From positions 6,386,001 through 6,450,000 of the forward strand of contig JBHGNT010000012.1 in NCBI GenBank assembly GCA_043228905.1: DNA of 64,000 nucleotides, written 5' to 3'. Made by a program: the position numbers and the translations under genes. The notes below the pieces were generated by a model. That model searched no databases. It saw only the letters and a list, made by a program, of their open reading frames with translations, and was not told the DNA's origin. The stretch comes from Azolla caroliniana (Eukaryota; Plantae; Polypodiophyta). Below are positions 1 to 12,735 of this stretch, in pieces (positions within the stretch are counted from its first letter, which is position 1; the number at the start of each line of letters is the position of its first letter).

Positions 1-1860
1 AACAAAGTTTGGTGGTTATAGATAAGGGGAAAAAAACTGTTGGATAGAGCTAGTAGTGATGTTATTGTTGACAAGGATTGGCATCAGGTTAAAGGCAAGT
101 TAAAGGGGAAATCAATGAATATGCAATGTAATAGTTTGCCCACTACTCGTGAGACTACTTGGAAAGGTAATTTAGGAACTAGGGAGGGTCCACGAAAAGT
201 TCCTTGACAAAGACAATTTAGAGATAAGGGATTACCCCTTCACCTTCAATTTGATTCATTGGGATGGGTTGTAAATTCATCAAGTTCTCGAGGTTTTCAT
301 CAAGCAGGAGGAGCTAAAAAAAAAGATTTCGATAGACGGCCCTAAGGATGTGGTGCATGAAAATTCCATATACAACATTGGAACATGCTTTGACTAGTTT
401 CATGACATCGGTTGCTCTGAAGGAGCAAGTGCACCCACAACATTGTTTTTTGAATGAAAGTGGTAACATGGAATGTGAGAGGGGCGTGTTCTCCTCATAA
501 GAAGTATATATTATGGCAAACTTTGTTCAATAAAGTATGTGGTGCATTATGTGCAGTTGAGCATAAGTGTCATGAGTTAGCAGGATCCACAGTTCATTTG
601 CGTGGATATTCATCATTCTATGCATGACACCTTAATAATCATTATTCAGGTGTGGTATTAATCGTGTGGGATAAATATTATTCTCAAGTGGTGCATAATG
701 ATCCTTATGGTCGGTGTTTAGTTCTAGAAATCACTTTTTTTGGCGAGGTTGTGTGGGTGGTTGGGATTTATGCCCCTAACCAAGCCACTCAACGTATTGC
801 ATTATGGGGCTCACTCCGTCAAACCCTATGTGTGGGTCATCCAGGATTACTTATGGGTGATTTTAACATGTGTGTTGATGCATCTCAATTTACATCTGGA
901 CATTCAATCATGGATGATCCTGAGCAAGTTGCTTGGGATTCATTAGCTATGGAGGTTCTGAAGTTGGATGTTTGGACATGGTTGCATGGGAATGATCCAA
1001 GTTTTACTTTCCAATCCGCTCAACATAGACAAACATGGAGTCAGTTAGATAGAATGTATGTGATGCACAATGATTCTTTTTTACCGACATCACTTCGTAT
1101 GACAATTTTACAAGATGTAGGAACTTCATATCGCTTTCCTATTTGTTTGGAGGTTTGTGGTCATGCAATTGACATGTATAAGTCTTTACTTGGAAAGTCT
1201 CATTACGTTTTAACTCTTCTCTTTTGCTTCTACCTCACTTTGATTCTTTCATGGAGCAAATTTTGGTAAATTTTTCACAAGAAGTGAATCTTAAAGGAGT
1301 TAAAGCATGGGAAATCACATTACGAAACATTAAGATCATTCATCGTATGTATGGAGTAACTAATGCTCAATGAAGAAGAGGTCTTCTTCGACAATTCTGA
1401 CAAGTTCTCTCCAGAGTGTAATGCATTATTGATACATGCACCATTAGATGAGGAGCTTTTAGATATCCAAAGTCAATTGCATGCTATTATTTCTCAGTTG
1501 CAATGCCAAAGTTATCGTTATGCGAAGATGCGACAATTGAGGGATGGACTCATAGATAATAAATGTCAATCTCATTTGTTTTTCCAAGTGTTACATCCTA
1601 CTTATACTCGATCTAATGTGGTACATGTGAAACAATGGGATGAATAGATAGTGGATCCTACTACAATAATTGACATATGTGTTCATTACTTTAAGGAGTT
1701 GATTGGCCCACAATTGTTAATGACAAATGAGGTGAGTAGGGCACGACATGAGTTTTATGATGTGGTTGGATGTATTGTGCATGAACTCATTAGTCATGAA
1801 TTGGATGCGGATTTCATTGAGGATGAGGTGGACAAAGTTTTAAGGCATCTTCCAAGTGGT

Positions 1861-2171
1861 TGTCATGATATGGCAAGACTCGAACCCATGACCTTAGGTT
1901 ACATAGGTCGAGCTCTTGACCATTATACCATCTATTGTAATACATAAGATATTATTTTCATTTAAGTTTCATTATAGAAAATTGATGTATATTCCAAATT
2001 TCTCTGGAACATTCTAGAAACTTCAAGAGTACTCCTGAGAATATTATAAAAGGAGGCACAAGGCATTATTTCGAACCAAATCGGTTTAACGCCAGTCTTA
2101 AGCCTCCTAGCTACTATTGTATACTCTCTTCACATAATATATATTTTTTATCATCATTCTCTCTCACCCTT

Positions 2172-2204
<33 letters not shown>

Positions 2205-2312
2205 CTCTCTCTCGCTCACTCTTTCGTTCTCTCGAGAGTTCTACACCTCTCTTAGTACTAATCCTCATCTTTTAGTACGGATTCCTTCTCTGTCTTAGTA
2301 CTGATCATGACA
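1861..2312 (+). mobile_element. Solo LTR (452 bp) inserted in LINE copy 1
   Basis: Termini TGTCATGAT...ATCATGACA, 5-bp TSD GTGGT (1856-1860 and 2313-2317). Excision restores LINE ORF2 LPSG|KSPGWDG. TATA-like TATAAAA near 2045 followed by a CT-rich tract suggests + orientation. Confidence 0.93.
1871..1935 (-). promoter_or_regulatory. tRNA-like Pol III A/B-box module inside solo LTR
   Basis: Minus strand reads TGGTATAATGG (A box, 1920-1930) ... AGGTCATGGGTTCGAGTC (variable loop plus B box, 1877-1886) at tRNA spacing. The cloverleaf is not closed. Confidence 0.65.
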
Positions 2313-5300
2313 GTGGTAAGAGCCCTGGTTGGGATGGCTTAACAAATGAAGTTTTTAAGCGATATTCAAACATTTTAAAGGGGCCCTTAACTTTGATGTT
2401 TCAACATTCTTGGGATTCTGGTCGTATGCCTCAACCTTGGAAGGTTGGTCTAATTAAATTAGTTCCAAAGGTGGCATCTTCGGAGTCATTTCATCAATGG
2501 AGACCTATTTCTTTGATATTTACAAATCTCTTGGCAAATAGATTACAAAAGTATTTGCCAAAGTTGATACATTCCGCCCAATATGGTTTTATTGCAGGTA
2601 GGAATATATTGCATAATGTGTTGAATGTTCAAATGGCCATGGATTATGCTCAAAACACTCATCAAGAATTGATTATGGTGCAATTAGATTTGGAGAAAGC
2701 TTATGATCATGTTAATAGTTGGTCCTTTGTTTCTAGGTTAATGCATACAATGGGCTTTGGACTTCGTATGTTTCGCCTCATATTTTTATTAGGACAAGAT
2801 GCGGTGTCTCGAGTAATGGTTAATGGCAGAGTTACATCAGATATTGCCCTCACAAGATCCGTTCATCAAGGATGCCCTATTAGTCCATTGTTGTTTGGTA
2901 TTGTTACTCATCCCTTGTTAGTGATGTTATCCAGGCTTGCAACAAATGGTGATATTGTGGGTCTACACCTTCCGCCTCGAGGGCAACTAATAGCACAGGC
3001 TTTGGTTTATGATTCTTTCATGTTTCTACAAGCCTCATGAGAGAATCTTGAGAAGGGGATGCTTGTATGGAACCAATTTGCATTGGCTTCTGGATTACAT
3101 ATTAATTGGAGGAAGTTTAGTCTCATATCATGTACTAAAAGGGATTTGGAATGTTTAGGATGACAAGGATTCGTGGTGAAGAAAGGCTCTATTTTTTGAC
3201 ACTTGGGGTATCCATTAGGAATAAATGTTACAAATAGTCAATTGATTGAATGGATGTCTAGTAAGTTGAGGGATAAGTTCATGTATTGGAAGTCACAATC
3301 TTGGTCATTTCATGTACGCTTGAAGGTTGTACAATGTATTATGGAACCCATGATATTATATTATTTTCCATTGTTTCCATGGACAAAGAAGGCTTTGCAT
3401 TCTATTTTGCAACCTCTTCGATATTTGTTGTGGAAGAAGAGGGATAAGACGGGAATCACTCGGGTTGCATGGAATCATCTAGCAACCCCTAAGTGCTTGG
3501 GGGGAGCTGGAATGTTGAACTTATCTAAGCATATGATGGCTCGTAGATTTTCATTATTACAAGATGTGTTCAAACTCACAACCATGGATATCTATTGTTC
3601 AATATTTCATTGAGAACAAGGGTTTAACACATGGGAGGACAACGATTAAGGCTTCATGGTGGCAATTATTGAATGGATGTATTTCACTTAGGATTCCGGC
3701 CTCTACATATGTTCAACACTTGGTTACCTCATGGCAAGAAGCACTCTTTTTATGTGTATGAAAACCATCATCTAGTAGAGAGCATTGTAATTCTTTGCAA
3801 AAAGAGTTGCTTCTGTCTTCTCGACTATTATGTTGGCTAGGAAAGGAGAGATTGCGCTCTCAATTTAATCGTTTGTTTTGTTTGGGGGTCAAAGAGGTGG
3901 GAGATATAGTTGAGGCTCCATCTCAAAGAATTTTGGAGTTTGTTGAAGCGCGACAATTATTACGCATTCCACCTGATTATGGGTTTATCTGGCAACAACT
4001 ACAAAATATTGCATTGATGCAAGGTCCCTTACCTCTACAAATGGGAGAACAACCGTGGTTTGATTGCTGTTTTAAGGGTCAAAAATCATTGTTACAAGTG
4101 ACTACTAATCTTTTGTATCATTGCTCTGTTGAGTCTCTTGGATGGTTATCATCCAAGGCTGAAGAAGAATGGAGATTACACAAATCTGATCATGGGTGGT
4201 GGTAGATCTTACAACGTAGTTGGCATTCTAAATTGCCACTTGTAGCAAAGGTCTTCATTTGGAGAGTTTTGATTGGAGGTTTGCCTTTGGGATTAGCTCT
4301 AAAGCGTTGTGGAATAGCAACGGGTAATTGTTTCTTTTGCATTGTTCAAATGGAAGATAGTACTCATCATTTGATACAATGTCCGATTGCTTGTCAGATT
4401 TGGAGTTACATTTCTCAGATTTGGCAAGTTTTATTACGGTGTTATTTGACATCTAGATAGTGGGTGTTTGCACAATTTACACAGGTTGACCCAAAATCAG
4501 AGATGAAGATCGTTTTTCTATTTCTGAGATATTGGGGTTTGCGTCATAATTGGAATATGTGCAATGCTTTTGTATTCGACGATATACATGGAGTGAAAGC
4601 ATATCTACGACAGTTGAAGGGAGTACTAATGTGGCAATTTTCTTTATTGGAGCAAGTGGAAATTCTTTCCTAGGTGGAGTGTTCGTCTTGCCTATTGGCA
4701 ATTCAACATGTTCCATACTCCATTGTCACACCGATTGTAAGTAGTGTTTTTTACACACATTTATTAATATAATTGTGTGTCTTATGGGGGGCATCTTCTC
4801 CTCATAAGAAATATATATTATGAAAAACTTTATTTGATAAAGAATGGGATGTTTTAAGTGCACTTGAACATAAGTGCCATGATTTAGGAGGATATGTGTT
4901 GCATTTGCGTGGATATTCTGCATATTATGCAGGACAGGTATCACATCATTACTCATGGGTTGTCAAGATTATTCGTGATTTGTTTTGTCAAGATATAGTC
5001 TATAATGATCCATATGGACGTTTTTTGGTGATGGAAGTCAAGTATTTTGAGGATTTGATATGGTTGGTAGGAAGCTATGCACCCAATAATGCTAATCAAC
5101 GCATTGAGTTATGGCCTTCAATGTATCCACGGTTATTAGTGGGCCGTGTTGGTTTGTTAATGGGTAATTTTAATATGTGTGTTGATGCTTCACAATCTAC
5201 TTCACGGTTCTCATTGATGGATTCTCCCGAGCAAGCAATTTGGGACAAATTGGCAGATTCAGAGGTTTTGAGGTTAGATGTATGGAAATGGTTGCATCAA

Positions 5301-7864
5301 GATGAGGTTGGGTTTACATTTCAGTCTATGCAATATAAGGAAACATGGAGTAGGTTAGATAGAATGTATGTTATGCATGATGAGTCCTTTTTGTTAGAGA
5401 TTCTTAATATGTCAATTATGCAAGAGGTTGTGACATCGGATCATTTTCCCATATGTTTTGAACTATTCAGTAAACATGGGGTAGATATGTACAAAACATT
5501 GCTTGATCGAGTTCCTTTGAGGTTTAATTCTTCTTTATTATTACATTCCTTATTTGATGCCTATATGCAACAAATGTTTGACATGTTTTCAGAACAAGTT
5601 ATTTCAAAAGGGTGGCATGCATGGGATACAACACTACAAAACATCAATAATATTCACCATTTGTATGGTGTGGCTAATGCTAAAAGACATAAGAAATTGA
5701 TTGATAAGTTTTCATATATTCTTACGCGATGCAATGTACTATTGATGACTGATCCGCATGATGAAGAGCTTTTGGATGTTCAAGTTCAAGTACATGACAT
5801 TATGAAGAATTTGTCTTGTCAAAGTTATCAACAGACAAGACTACGTCAATTAGAGGGATTTATAGATAATCAATCACAATCTCATATGCTTTTTCAAGGA
5901 TTAAGACCACCATATGCTCGTTCAAATGTGGTACAAATTAAGATAGGGGATGAAATTGTTGTAGACCCAATGAAGGTTATTGAGTTATGTATTACTCATT
6001 TTAAGAATTTGATTGGGCCAGAGTTGATTATTAATGAGGATGTGTTGAAAGCACGACAAGAGTTTTATAATGTAATTGGGAGTGTCATGAATACAAATAT
6101 TTGTCAAGAATTGGATGCTGATTTTGAGAAGCTGAGGTGGAAAAAGGTATTGTTACACCTTCCAAATGGTAAAAGCCCTAGTTGGGATGGTGTTACAAAT
6201 GAAGTTTTTAATAAGTATGTGGCATGCTTAAGAGTCCATTCACACAAATGTTTCAACAATGTTGGGATTCTGGTTTCATGCCTGAGAGTTGGAAGGTGGC
6301 CTTAATCAAATTGATACCAAAGGTACCATCTCTGGAGTCATTTCATCAATGGAGGCCTATTTCACTTATGGGAGGGTTATACAAAGTGTTTGCAAAGATA
6401 TTATCCAACAGGATTCAGAAGTTCTCTCAATATGGTTTTATTATAGGTAGAAATATATTGCATAATGTTTTGAATGTTCAAATGGCTACCGATTATGCTC
6501 GACATACACATCAAGAAATGGTTATGGTGCAATTAGATTTGGAAAAAGCATATAATCATATTAATTGGTCTTTCCTCTCAGGCGTGATGTATAATATGGG
6601 GTTTGGTCCTCGTATGTGTCGACTTATCTTTTTCTAGGGCAAAATGCGACCCTGCATGGGATGCTTAATGGTGGAGTTACTCCGGAAGTGTTTCTTACTA
6701 GATCTGTGCGGCAAGGATGAACTTCACTAAGCCCATTGTTATTTGCTATTGTTACACATCCTTTGTTAGTAATGTTGTCAAATCTTGCGGCTAATGGTGA
6801 TATTGTGGGTTTGCATCTTCCTTCTAGTGGACAATTGGTGGCACAAGCATTGGCTGATCATTCTTTTATGTTTTTACAAGCCTCAAAAGAAAATCTTGAA
6901 ATGAGTATGCAAGTTACAGATCAATTTGCTTTGGCTTCAGGGTTGTGTATAAATTGGAGGAAGTCTCGCCTTATTTCTTGTACGGAGAGTGATTTGGAAT
7001 GTTTGGGATGGCGAGGATCAGTGATTACACGAGGATCAATTTATCGACATTTGGGTTAATCCATTGGGTGTTTATGTTACAAATGTTCAATTGATTGATT
7101 GGATTGGTACTAAATTGAAGGACAATTTTATGTATTGGAAGTCTCAATTATGGCCCTTTCATGTATGACTCAAAGTGGTGCAATGTATCTTGATACTCAT
7201 GTTATTGCCTTTACTACCTTGGACTAAGAAAGCATTATAAAACATTTTACAACCTATTCGGTTCATGTTGTGGCAGAAGGGAGAAGATGGCGAAAAGGCA
7301 TTTGATGGCTTGTAGATTTGCATTATTATGAGATATATATCAACAAGATCAACCATGGATATCTATGATGCAATATTTTATTGAACATGAACGATTGGTG
7401 CACAGGAAAACAAAGATTCAAGCATCCTTGGTGGTCATTACTCAATGGAAGTATTCCTCTAAAGATTCGACATTCTGTATGTGGACAACATTTGCTAAGC
7501 TCGCGGCAAGATGCATTATGTCTTTTTGAATGAGGACCATCAAGTGATCGAGAATATTGTAATTCATTACAAAATGAATTTCTTGTTTCATCTCGAGTTT
7601 TGTTTTGGCATGGAAAAGAGAAGTTGAGATCTCAATTCAATTGTTTATTTCAATTGGGGATTGTACATTTGGAAGATGTGGTTGATAATGAATCTCAAAG
7701 GTTGTCAGATTTTGAAGATGCCAAGCGATGGTTATGTATTCCCCCAAATTATGGATTTATTTTGGAGAAATTACAAGATATACATACCATTGTTGCAAGG
7801 ATCTTTGCAATTAAAAACAAATTTTGCACCTTGGGTGGATTGACGGTTACAAGATGGTACACGC

Positions 7865-8624
7865 TGTCGTGAAGAATCCGTCACTACGTGCGGATCGTGA
7901 GGCGAACCGCTAGGGTTCTGGACTGGAAGGATTCGAAGTTTGTACTAGCTTTAGCGAGAAAGTATTTAAGGTAGATTGAAAGAGAGAGATTGAGATTGAG
8001 AGAGAGATTAAGATTGAACCCTTGACTTTAGATTTGAGGGACAAGATATATCATCAATTGGATAACTCGAATCTTTGATTAAAAGTTTCTTTTTTACTTA
8101 CATCACTTGCCCCCTTACACAAGCCCAACTATAGGCTTTTATAGGTCTCTCCATGCGAAAACCATGGGCTAAAACCACGAGCTAAAATCATGGACTAAAA
8201 CCACAGGCTAAAACCATGGTTTTGTGCCAACGGTTTTTATATGTTGGTTTCCTACAAAATATTGAATATGAAAAGAAAATACACAAATTCCAAAGCACTC
8301 AGTAGTGGCTTTAGTGGTATTAAGTTAATTTGTCTCCTATCTTGGAGGTGCAAGGTTCAAGCCTTGTTTCCAATGCCCCTATGTATGCACTTAAATGTTA
8401 CTAGGCTTTAGTCTCACTTTTTATATTTACAATTGAGCGCACATCACACGTGCACATGTTTAACTTTACATCTAGCTTTTCTTTTACGATTCTCATTCCA
8501 GTCCTATTTACAACATGCTAGCGTATGCGTGTGGCCTTCACCCCTTTCAAACGTGCACATTCCACCTTCTCGATGTCGTTCGTTGCACACAATTTTCACA
8601 CCATTGCCGAAAATCTTCACGACA
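7865..8624 (-). repeat. 3' LTR of the 7865-11753 element
   Basis: Direct repeat of 10995-11753, adjacent to the polypurine tract. Contains short AAAACCATGGGCT-type tandem repeats (8158-8220). Confidence 0.93.
8300..8372 (+). promoter_or_regulatory. tRNA-like Pol III A/B-box module in LTR U3 (second copy at ~11432-11500)
   Basis: TGGCTTTAGTGG (8306-8317) ... GGAGGTG CAAGG TTCAAGC CTTG with a paired T-arm (B box 8354-8363). Retained in both LTRs. Confidence 0.6.
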
Positions 8625-10241
8625 TCCACCCCCACCAAACCGCACGTCCTCGGGAACGTGCCAAGAAGAGAGAGTGTGAGATTTCAGCTACGGTGATTAG
8701 TACAATTCCTCCATTTCGAGCATGTCCATTCCATTCACTCAAACCATTGTCGCCACCCAATCCACCATATCATTCGCTCATGCTTTGCTTTACCATGAGC
8801 AGTTGTCATGGCCCCTTGTTCTCCTTCCGAGCATAACCGTTTAGGCTTTATGCATGTTCCACCTTCGTTTCGACCATCTCCTTGGTCAAGGCACTCCGTT
8901 ACTCGTCCACCTTCGTCATACAATCTCACGTTAGAGTTGATGATCTTCACGTTCGAGCCCTCCTTAGTTGAGATCTCATCCTCGGTAACACCCTTCAAAT
9001 TCGCTTGGCTCTTTTGGCCCTTGTCGTAGTGTGCCTACTTGGCCTCTTCCTTGTCTTCATCAACCTTGACTTATTTCCGGATCGGTCTCGTCCGATCGGC
9101 TTTCGGTTGGATTGGCTTTTGTTCGGATTTGTATTCGGTTGAATCGGACTCGGTTGATTGGTTTCGACTGAGTCGGCCCCCTTCCGGGTTGGGTTCGACC
9201 GATCGGTTTCGGTCCGTGTTGGCTTCCATTTCCTCGTGTTCACCGGCCTCAACCGGTTCAACCTCTGGTTGAGTCGGATTAGCTTCTTTCCGGATCGGTC
9301 TCATCTGATCAACTTCTGGCTGGAATGATTTCCATCCGGGTTGGGCTCGACCGATCGGATTTTGGCCGAATCCACTTCCACTTGGTTTGGCTTTTGTTTA
9401 GGCCGGAATTCCGGCCGGATCATCTTCCATCCGAACTCACTTTCGGCTCTACGTGCCTTGCTGCCACCTCCCATCTCTCCAGTCTCATGTTGGTTCTTGG
9501 ACACAACCGCCGAAGTCTCTAGAATTAGTGGGCAAGAATCCTTGGTATTACCGTCCTCCGTTGTTTCGCCCATAACCACCTTCTCGGCTATCTCTTCGCC
9601 GTATACATCGACTTTGACCTTTGTTTTCTCTCCGCCACCTTCCGTCTCTTCGGTCTCATGTTGCCTTTCAAACACAACCGTTGAAGTCTCTAGAATTAGT
9701 GGTGGGAAAGTCTCGACACGACCATTCTCCATTGACTCGTTCATAGCCACCTCTGACTTGATGTCTTCTTTCGTGGCTACCTCTCTCTATAGACTCATGG
9801 GCCTCGTACCCATTAACCCTCTTGCTCGAGCAAGCCTCGATTATGCTTCCCTCTTCGTCACATGTATTCGTTTCGACCTTCGGCTCCTCGCCGACACCTT
9901 CCGTCTCTTGGGTCTCATGTTGGTTCTTGGACGCAACTACCCAAGTCTCTAGAACAAGTGTGTAGAAAATCTGGCCATGGTCATTGTCGACGCTTGTTGT
10001 CTTGTTCATAGTCACCTCCTTGATGTCTTCTTTAGCAACTAGATCCTCAATTACGCTAGCCTCACACTCTTTATCTCCATTGACGCAAGCTTCAATTAGG
10101 CTTGCTCCTTCATCATCCGATGTTTCGAACACGACGCGTGTTCCGAAACATTCATCCTCCCTCGAAGTGGCCTTCTCCGTCCTCGAGTCATCATCAATCT
10201 TCTTTTCATGTTGGTTCCTTTGTTTAGGCAGCTCGACTTCT

Positions 10242-10832
10242 TTAAATGGTCTTTGTTTTTTCTACGTTTGACCTTACCAAGTCAATATCATCAAGCCATT
10301 GACGACACCTATCGATCTTGTTGCACGCTCTCTTCACCGCAACCCCGTCTATCACAAGCCCGTTCACTTGGGTATCATCTTCAAGGAGAGTCCCCAATTC
10401 TCGTCTATCCTTCATATACACAGCTTTCAAGAAGTACAAAGTCTTGTCCTCCTCAATCAGCACTTGGTTCGTGGCAGGCAGACGACTAGACATCTGGTCG
10501 AACTCGTCGTACACCCTCGAAGCGCTCATCTTCTTATTTTTCTTCTCTGTCCATTTCATCAAGACATGTCGAGTCATCCTCGACAAATCTTCCATCGCGA
10601 ACTCCGCTAATATTGCTCTTTCGAACTCTGACCACGTTTTCTTCCTTTCTTGAAGCTCGATGACCCATCTTTGGACGTTGTTGGCGGCAACTCGCTTGAA
10701 ACTCGAGATTTGATGTGCTTCAGACACGTCCCTTTGATTCGTCTCCCTTTTGTATACATCAAGGAACTTCGTAATGTTCCTTCCATCAAATTGACCCTCG
10801 AGCTCCACGATACGGTCGACGTCCTTCTCCAC
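10242..10832 (-). pseudogene. Retrotransposon gag-like ORF fragment
   Basis: Lies just downstream of the PBS. EGQFDGRNITKFLDVYKRE..W..FERAILAEF resembles a retrotransposon capsid. Continues through frameshifted low-complexity ORFs to ~8735. Confidence 0.75.
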
Positions 10833-10968
10833 GCTCGCATCATTGTCTCAAGATCTCATCATTTGTTCGACGATTAGAATCATCCTTTCGAATTCTCCCG
10901 CTTGATTGCTTGAGGATGTTATCTCCAAGTATCGGTCGATCCTCGACTTGATCCTTCCTACTGCCTCT

Positions 10969-10986
10969 TTCACGTCGGGTTCACCA
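10969..10986 (-). other. Primer-binding site complementary to the tRNA-Trp 3' end
   Basis: + strand TTCACGTCGGGTTCACCA equals the last 18 nt of plant cytosolic tRNA-Trp(CCA) as I recall it. It sits 8 nt inside the 5' LTR. Confidence 0.85.
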
Positions 10987-10994
10987 CATAATTA

Positions 10995-11753
10995 TGTCGT
11001 GAAGAGTTTGTCACTACGTGCGGATCGTGAGGCGGAACCGCCGGGGTTCTAGACCGGAAGGATTCGAAGTTTGTACTAGCTTTAGCGAGAAAGTATTTAA
11101 GGTAGATTGAAAGAGAGAGATTGAGATTGAGAGAGAGATTAAGATTGAACCCTTGACTTTAGATTTGAGGGACAAGATATATCATCAATTGGATAACTCG
11201 AATCTTTGATTAAAAGTTTCTTTTTTACTTACATCACTTGCCCCCTTACACAAGCCCAACTATAGGCTTTTATAGGTCTCTCCATGCAAAAACCATGGGC
11301 TAAAACCACGAGCTAAAACCATGGGCTAAAACCACAGGCTAACCATGGTTTTGTGCCCATGGTTTTTATATGTTGGCTTCCTACAAAATACTGAATATGA
11401 AAAGAAAATATATGTCAAATTCCAAATCACTCAGTAGTGGCTTTAGTGGTAAGTTAATTTGTCTCCTATCTTGGAGGTGCAAGGTTCAAGCCTTGATTCC
11501 AATGCGCCTATGTATGCACTTAATTGTTACTAGGCTTTAGTCTTATTTTTTATATTTACAATTAAGCGCACATCACACGTGCACATGTTTAACTTTACAT
11601 CTAGCTTTTCTTTTACGATTCTCATTTCAATCCTATTTACAACATGCTAGCATATGCATGTGGCCTTCACCCCTTTCAAACGTGCACATTGCACCTTCTC
11701 GATTTCGTTCATTGCACACAATTTTCACACCGTTGCCGAAAATCTTGACGACA
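10995..11753 (-). repeat. 5' LTR of the 7865-11753 element
   Basis: Direct repeat of 7865-8624, adjacent to the PBS. Confidence 0.93.
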
Positions 11754-12690
11754 ACGCTTGTTACACGTCACTACAAATATATTGTATCATCATATGATGA
11801 CATCATTATCTTGGCTATCTCCTAAAGCAGCGAAGTTGTGGAATGTATGTAAGTCAGATGCAAGGTGGTGGAAAATATTACAACGTAGTTGGCATTCCCA
11901 TCTACCATTTCGTGCAAAGGTATTCATATGGAGAGTCATGATTGGTGGGCTCCCATTAAGTTCGGCCTTAAAGAGACGAGACGAGGACTAGGGTCCGGCA
12001 CTTGTTTGTTTTGCATTGTTCCATTGGAGGATAATACACATAGGTTCATTAAATGTCCTATAGCGTGTACCATTTGGCAAGTTTTAACCTGTTGTTGTTT
12101 GAGACCTCAACAATGGGTTTTTTCTCAATATGTTCAAAATGGATCAAATGATGAGATATAGGTATTGTTCCAATTTTTACATTATTGGGTTCTACAACAT
12201 AATTGGAATATGCATAATGCTTTCATGTTTGATAATAGACATGGGGTGAAAGCCTATATAAAGAAGCTTAAAGGTATTCTCATGTGGAATTTTTGGATGT
12301 TAGAGCATGTGGGGATCATTTCCTCAAATGCATATTCAGGTTTTTTGATAGCATTACAGAACGTCCCTCTCCATACATAGGCATATTGCAAGATGAACTC
12401 ATCATCAATACAATTATGTCTTTGATTTATTTGATTTTTATGTTCGTGCTTTCTAATGTTTAGTAGTTAAGTAATTCCTAAGTTTTGAACTTTCAATTGT
12501 GTTGACATTTGATTTAATCAATATATAATATAGACCATAGTCTTTTTTTGAAATTCCAATCTTTATTTTTTTTCCAACTTATAAATCCAATCCAACTTTG
12601 AGATGATTTACAATACACGTTTGATTCAATCATTCTCGAATGCGAATGCACGTATGTTACGTATTGTTCATTCTATGATTGTAACTAGTT

Positions 12691-12693
<3 letters not shown>

Positions 12694-12735
<42 letters not shown>

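Larger units (their letters stand above)
1..4780 (+). mobile_element. L1-type LINE copy 1 (decayed): ORF1 3' end, ORF2 (APE endonuclease, RT, zf-RVT/C-terminal Cys domain), 3' UTR; interrupted by a solo LTR
   Basis: TGA-ATG at 451-456 starts ORF2 MKVVTWNVRG. Endonuclease motifs IYAPN, MGDFN, LDRMY; RT motifs QYGFIAGR, LDLEKAYDHV, QGCPISPLLF; C-terminal KVFIWR..CFFC..HHLIQC. Many stops and frameshifts. 1-190 matches the ORF1 copy at 50560-50750 (-). Confidence 0.95.
7865..11753 (-). mobile_element. Non-autonomous LTR retrotransposon (gag-like only, no pol), probably Ty3/gypsy non-chromovirus
   Basis: Two similar ~760-bp LTRs (7865-8624 and 10995-11753) with TGTCG...CGACA termini, 4-bp TSD ACGC (7861-7864 and 11754-11757), minus-strand PPT at 8625-8640 and PBS at 10969-10986. 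Broken gag-like ORF 10242-10832 (FDGRNITKFL..Y). No RT or integrase motifs seen. Confidence 0.93.
4786..12530 (+). mobile_element. L1-type LINE copy 2 (related subfamily, 5'-truncated just after the ORF2 start), interrupted by an LTR element at 7865-11753
   Basis: 4786-4830 parallels 481-525. ORFs 4896-6305 (YAPNN, MGNFN, LDRMY, SDHFPI), 6224-7059 (RT), 11758-12380 (zf-RVT, CLFC..HRFIKC). Frame restored across the insertion (QDGTR|LLHVTTN). The 3' end is approximate. Confidence 0.93.
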
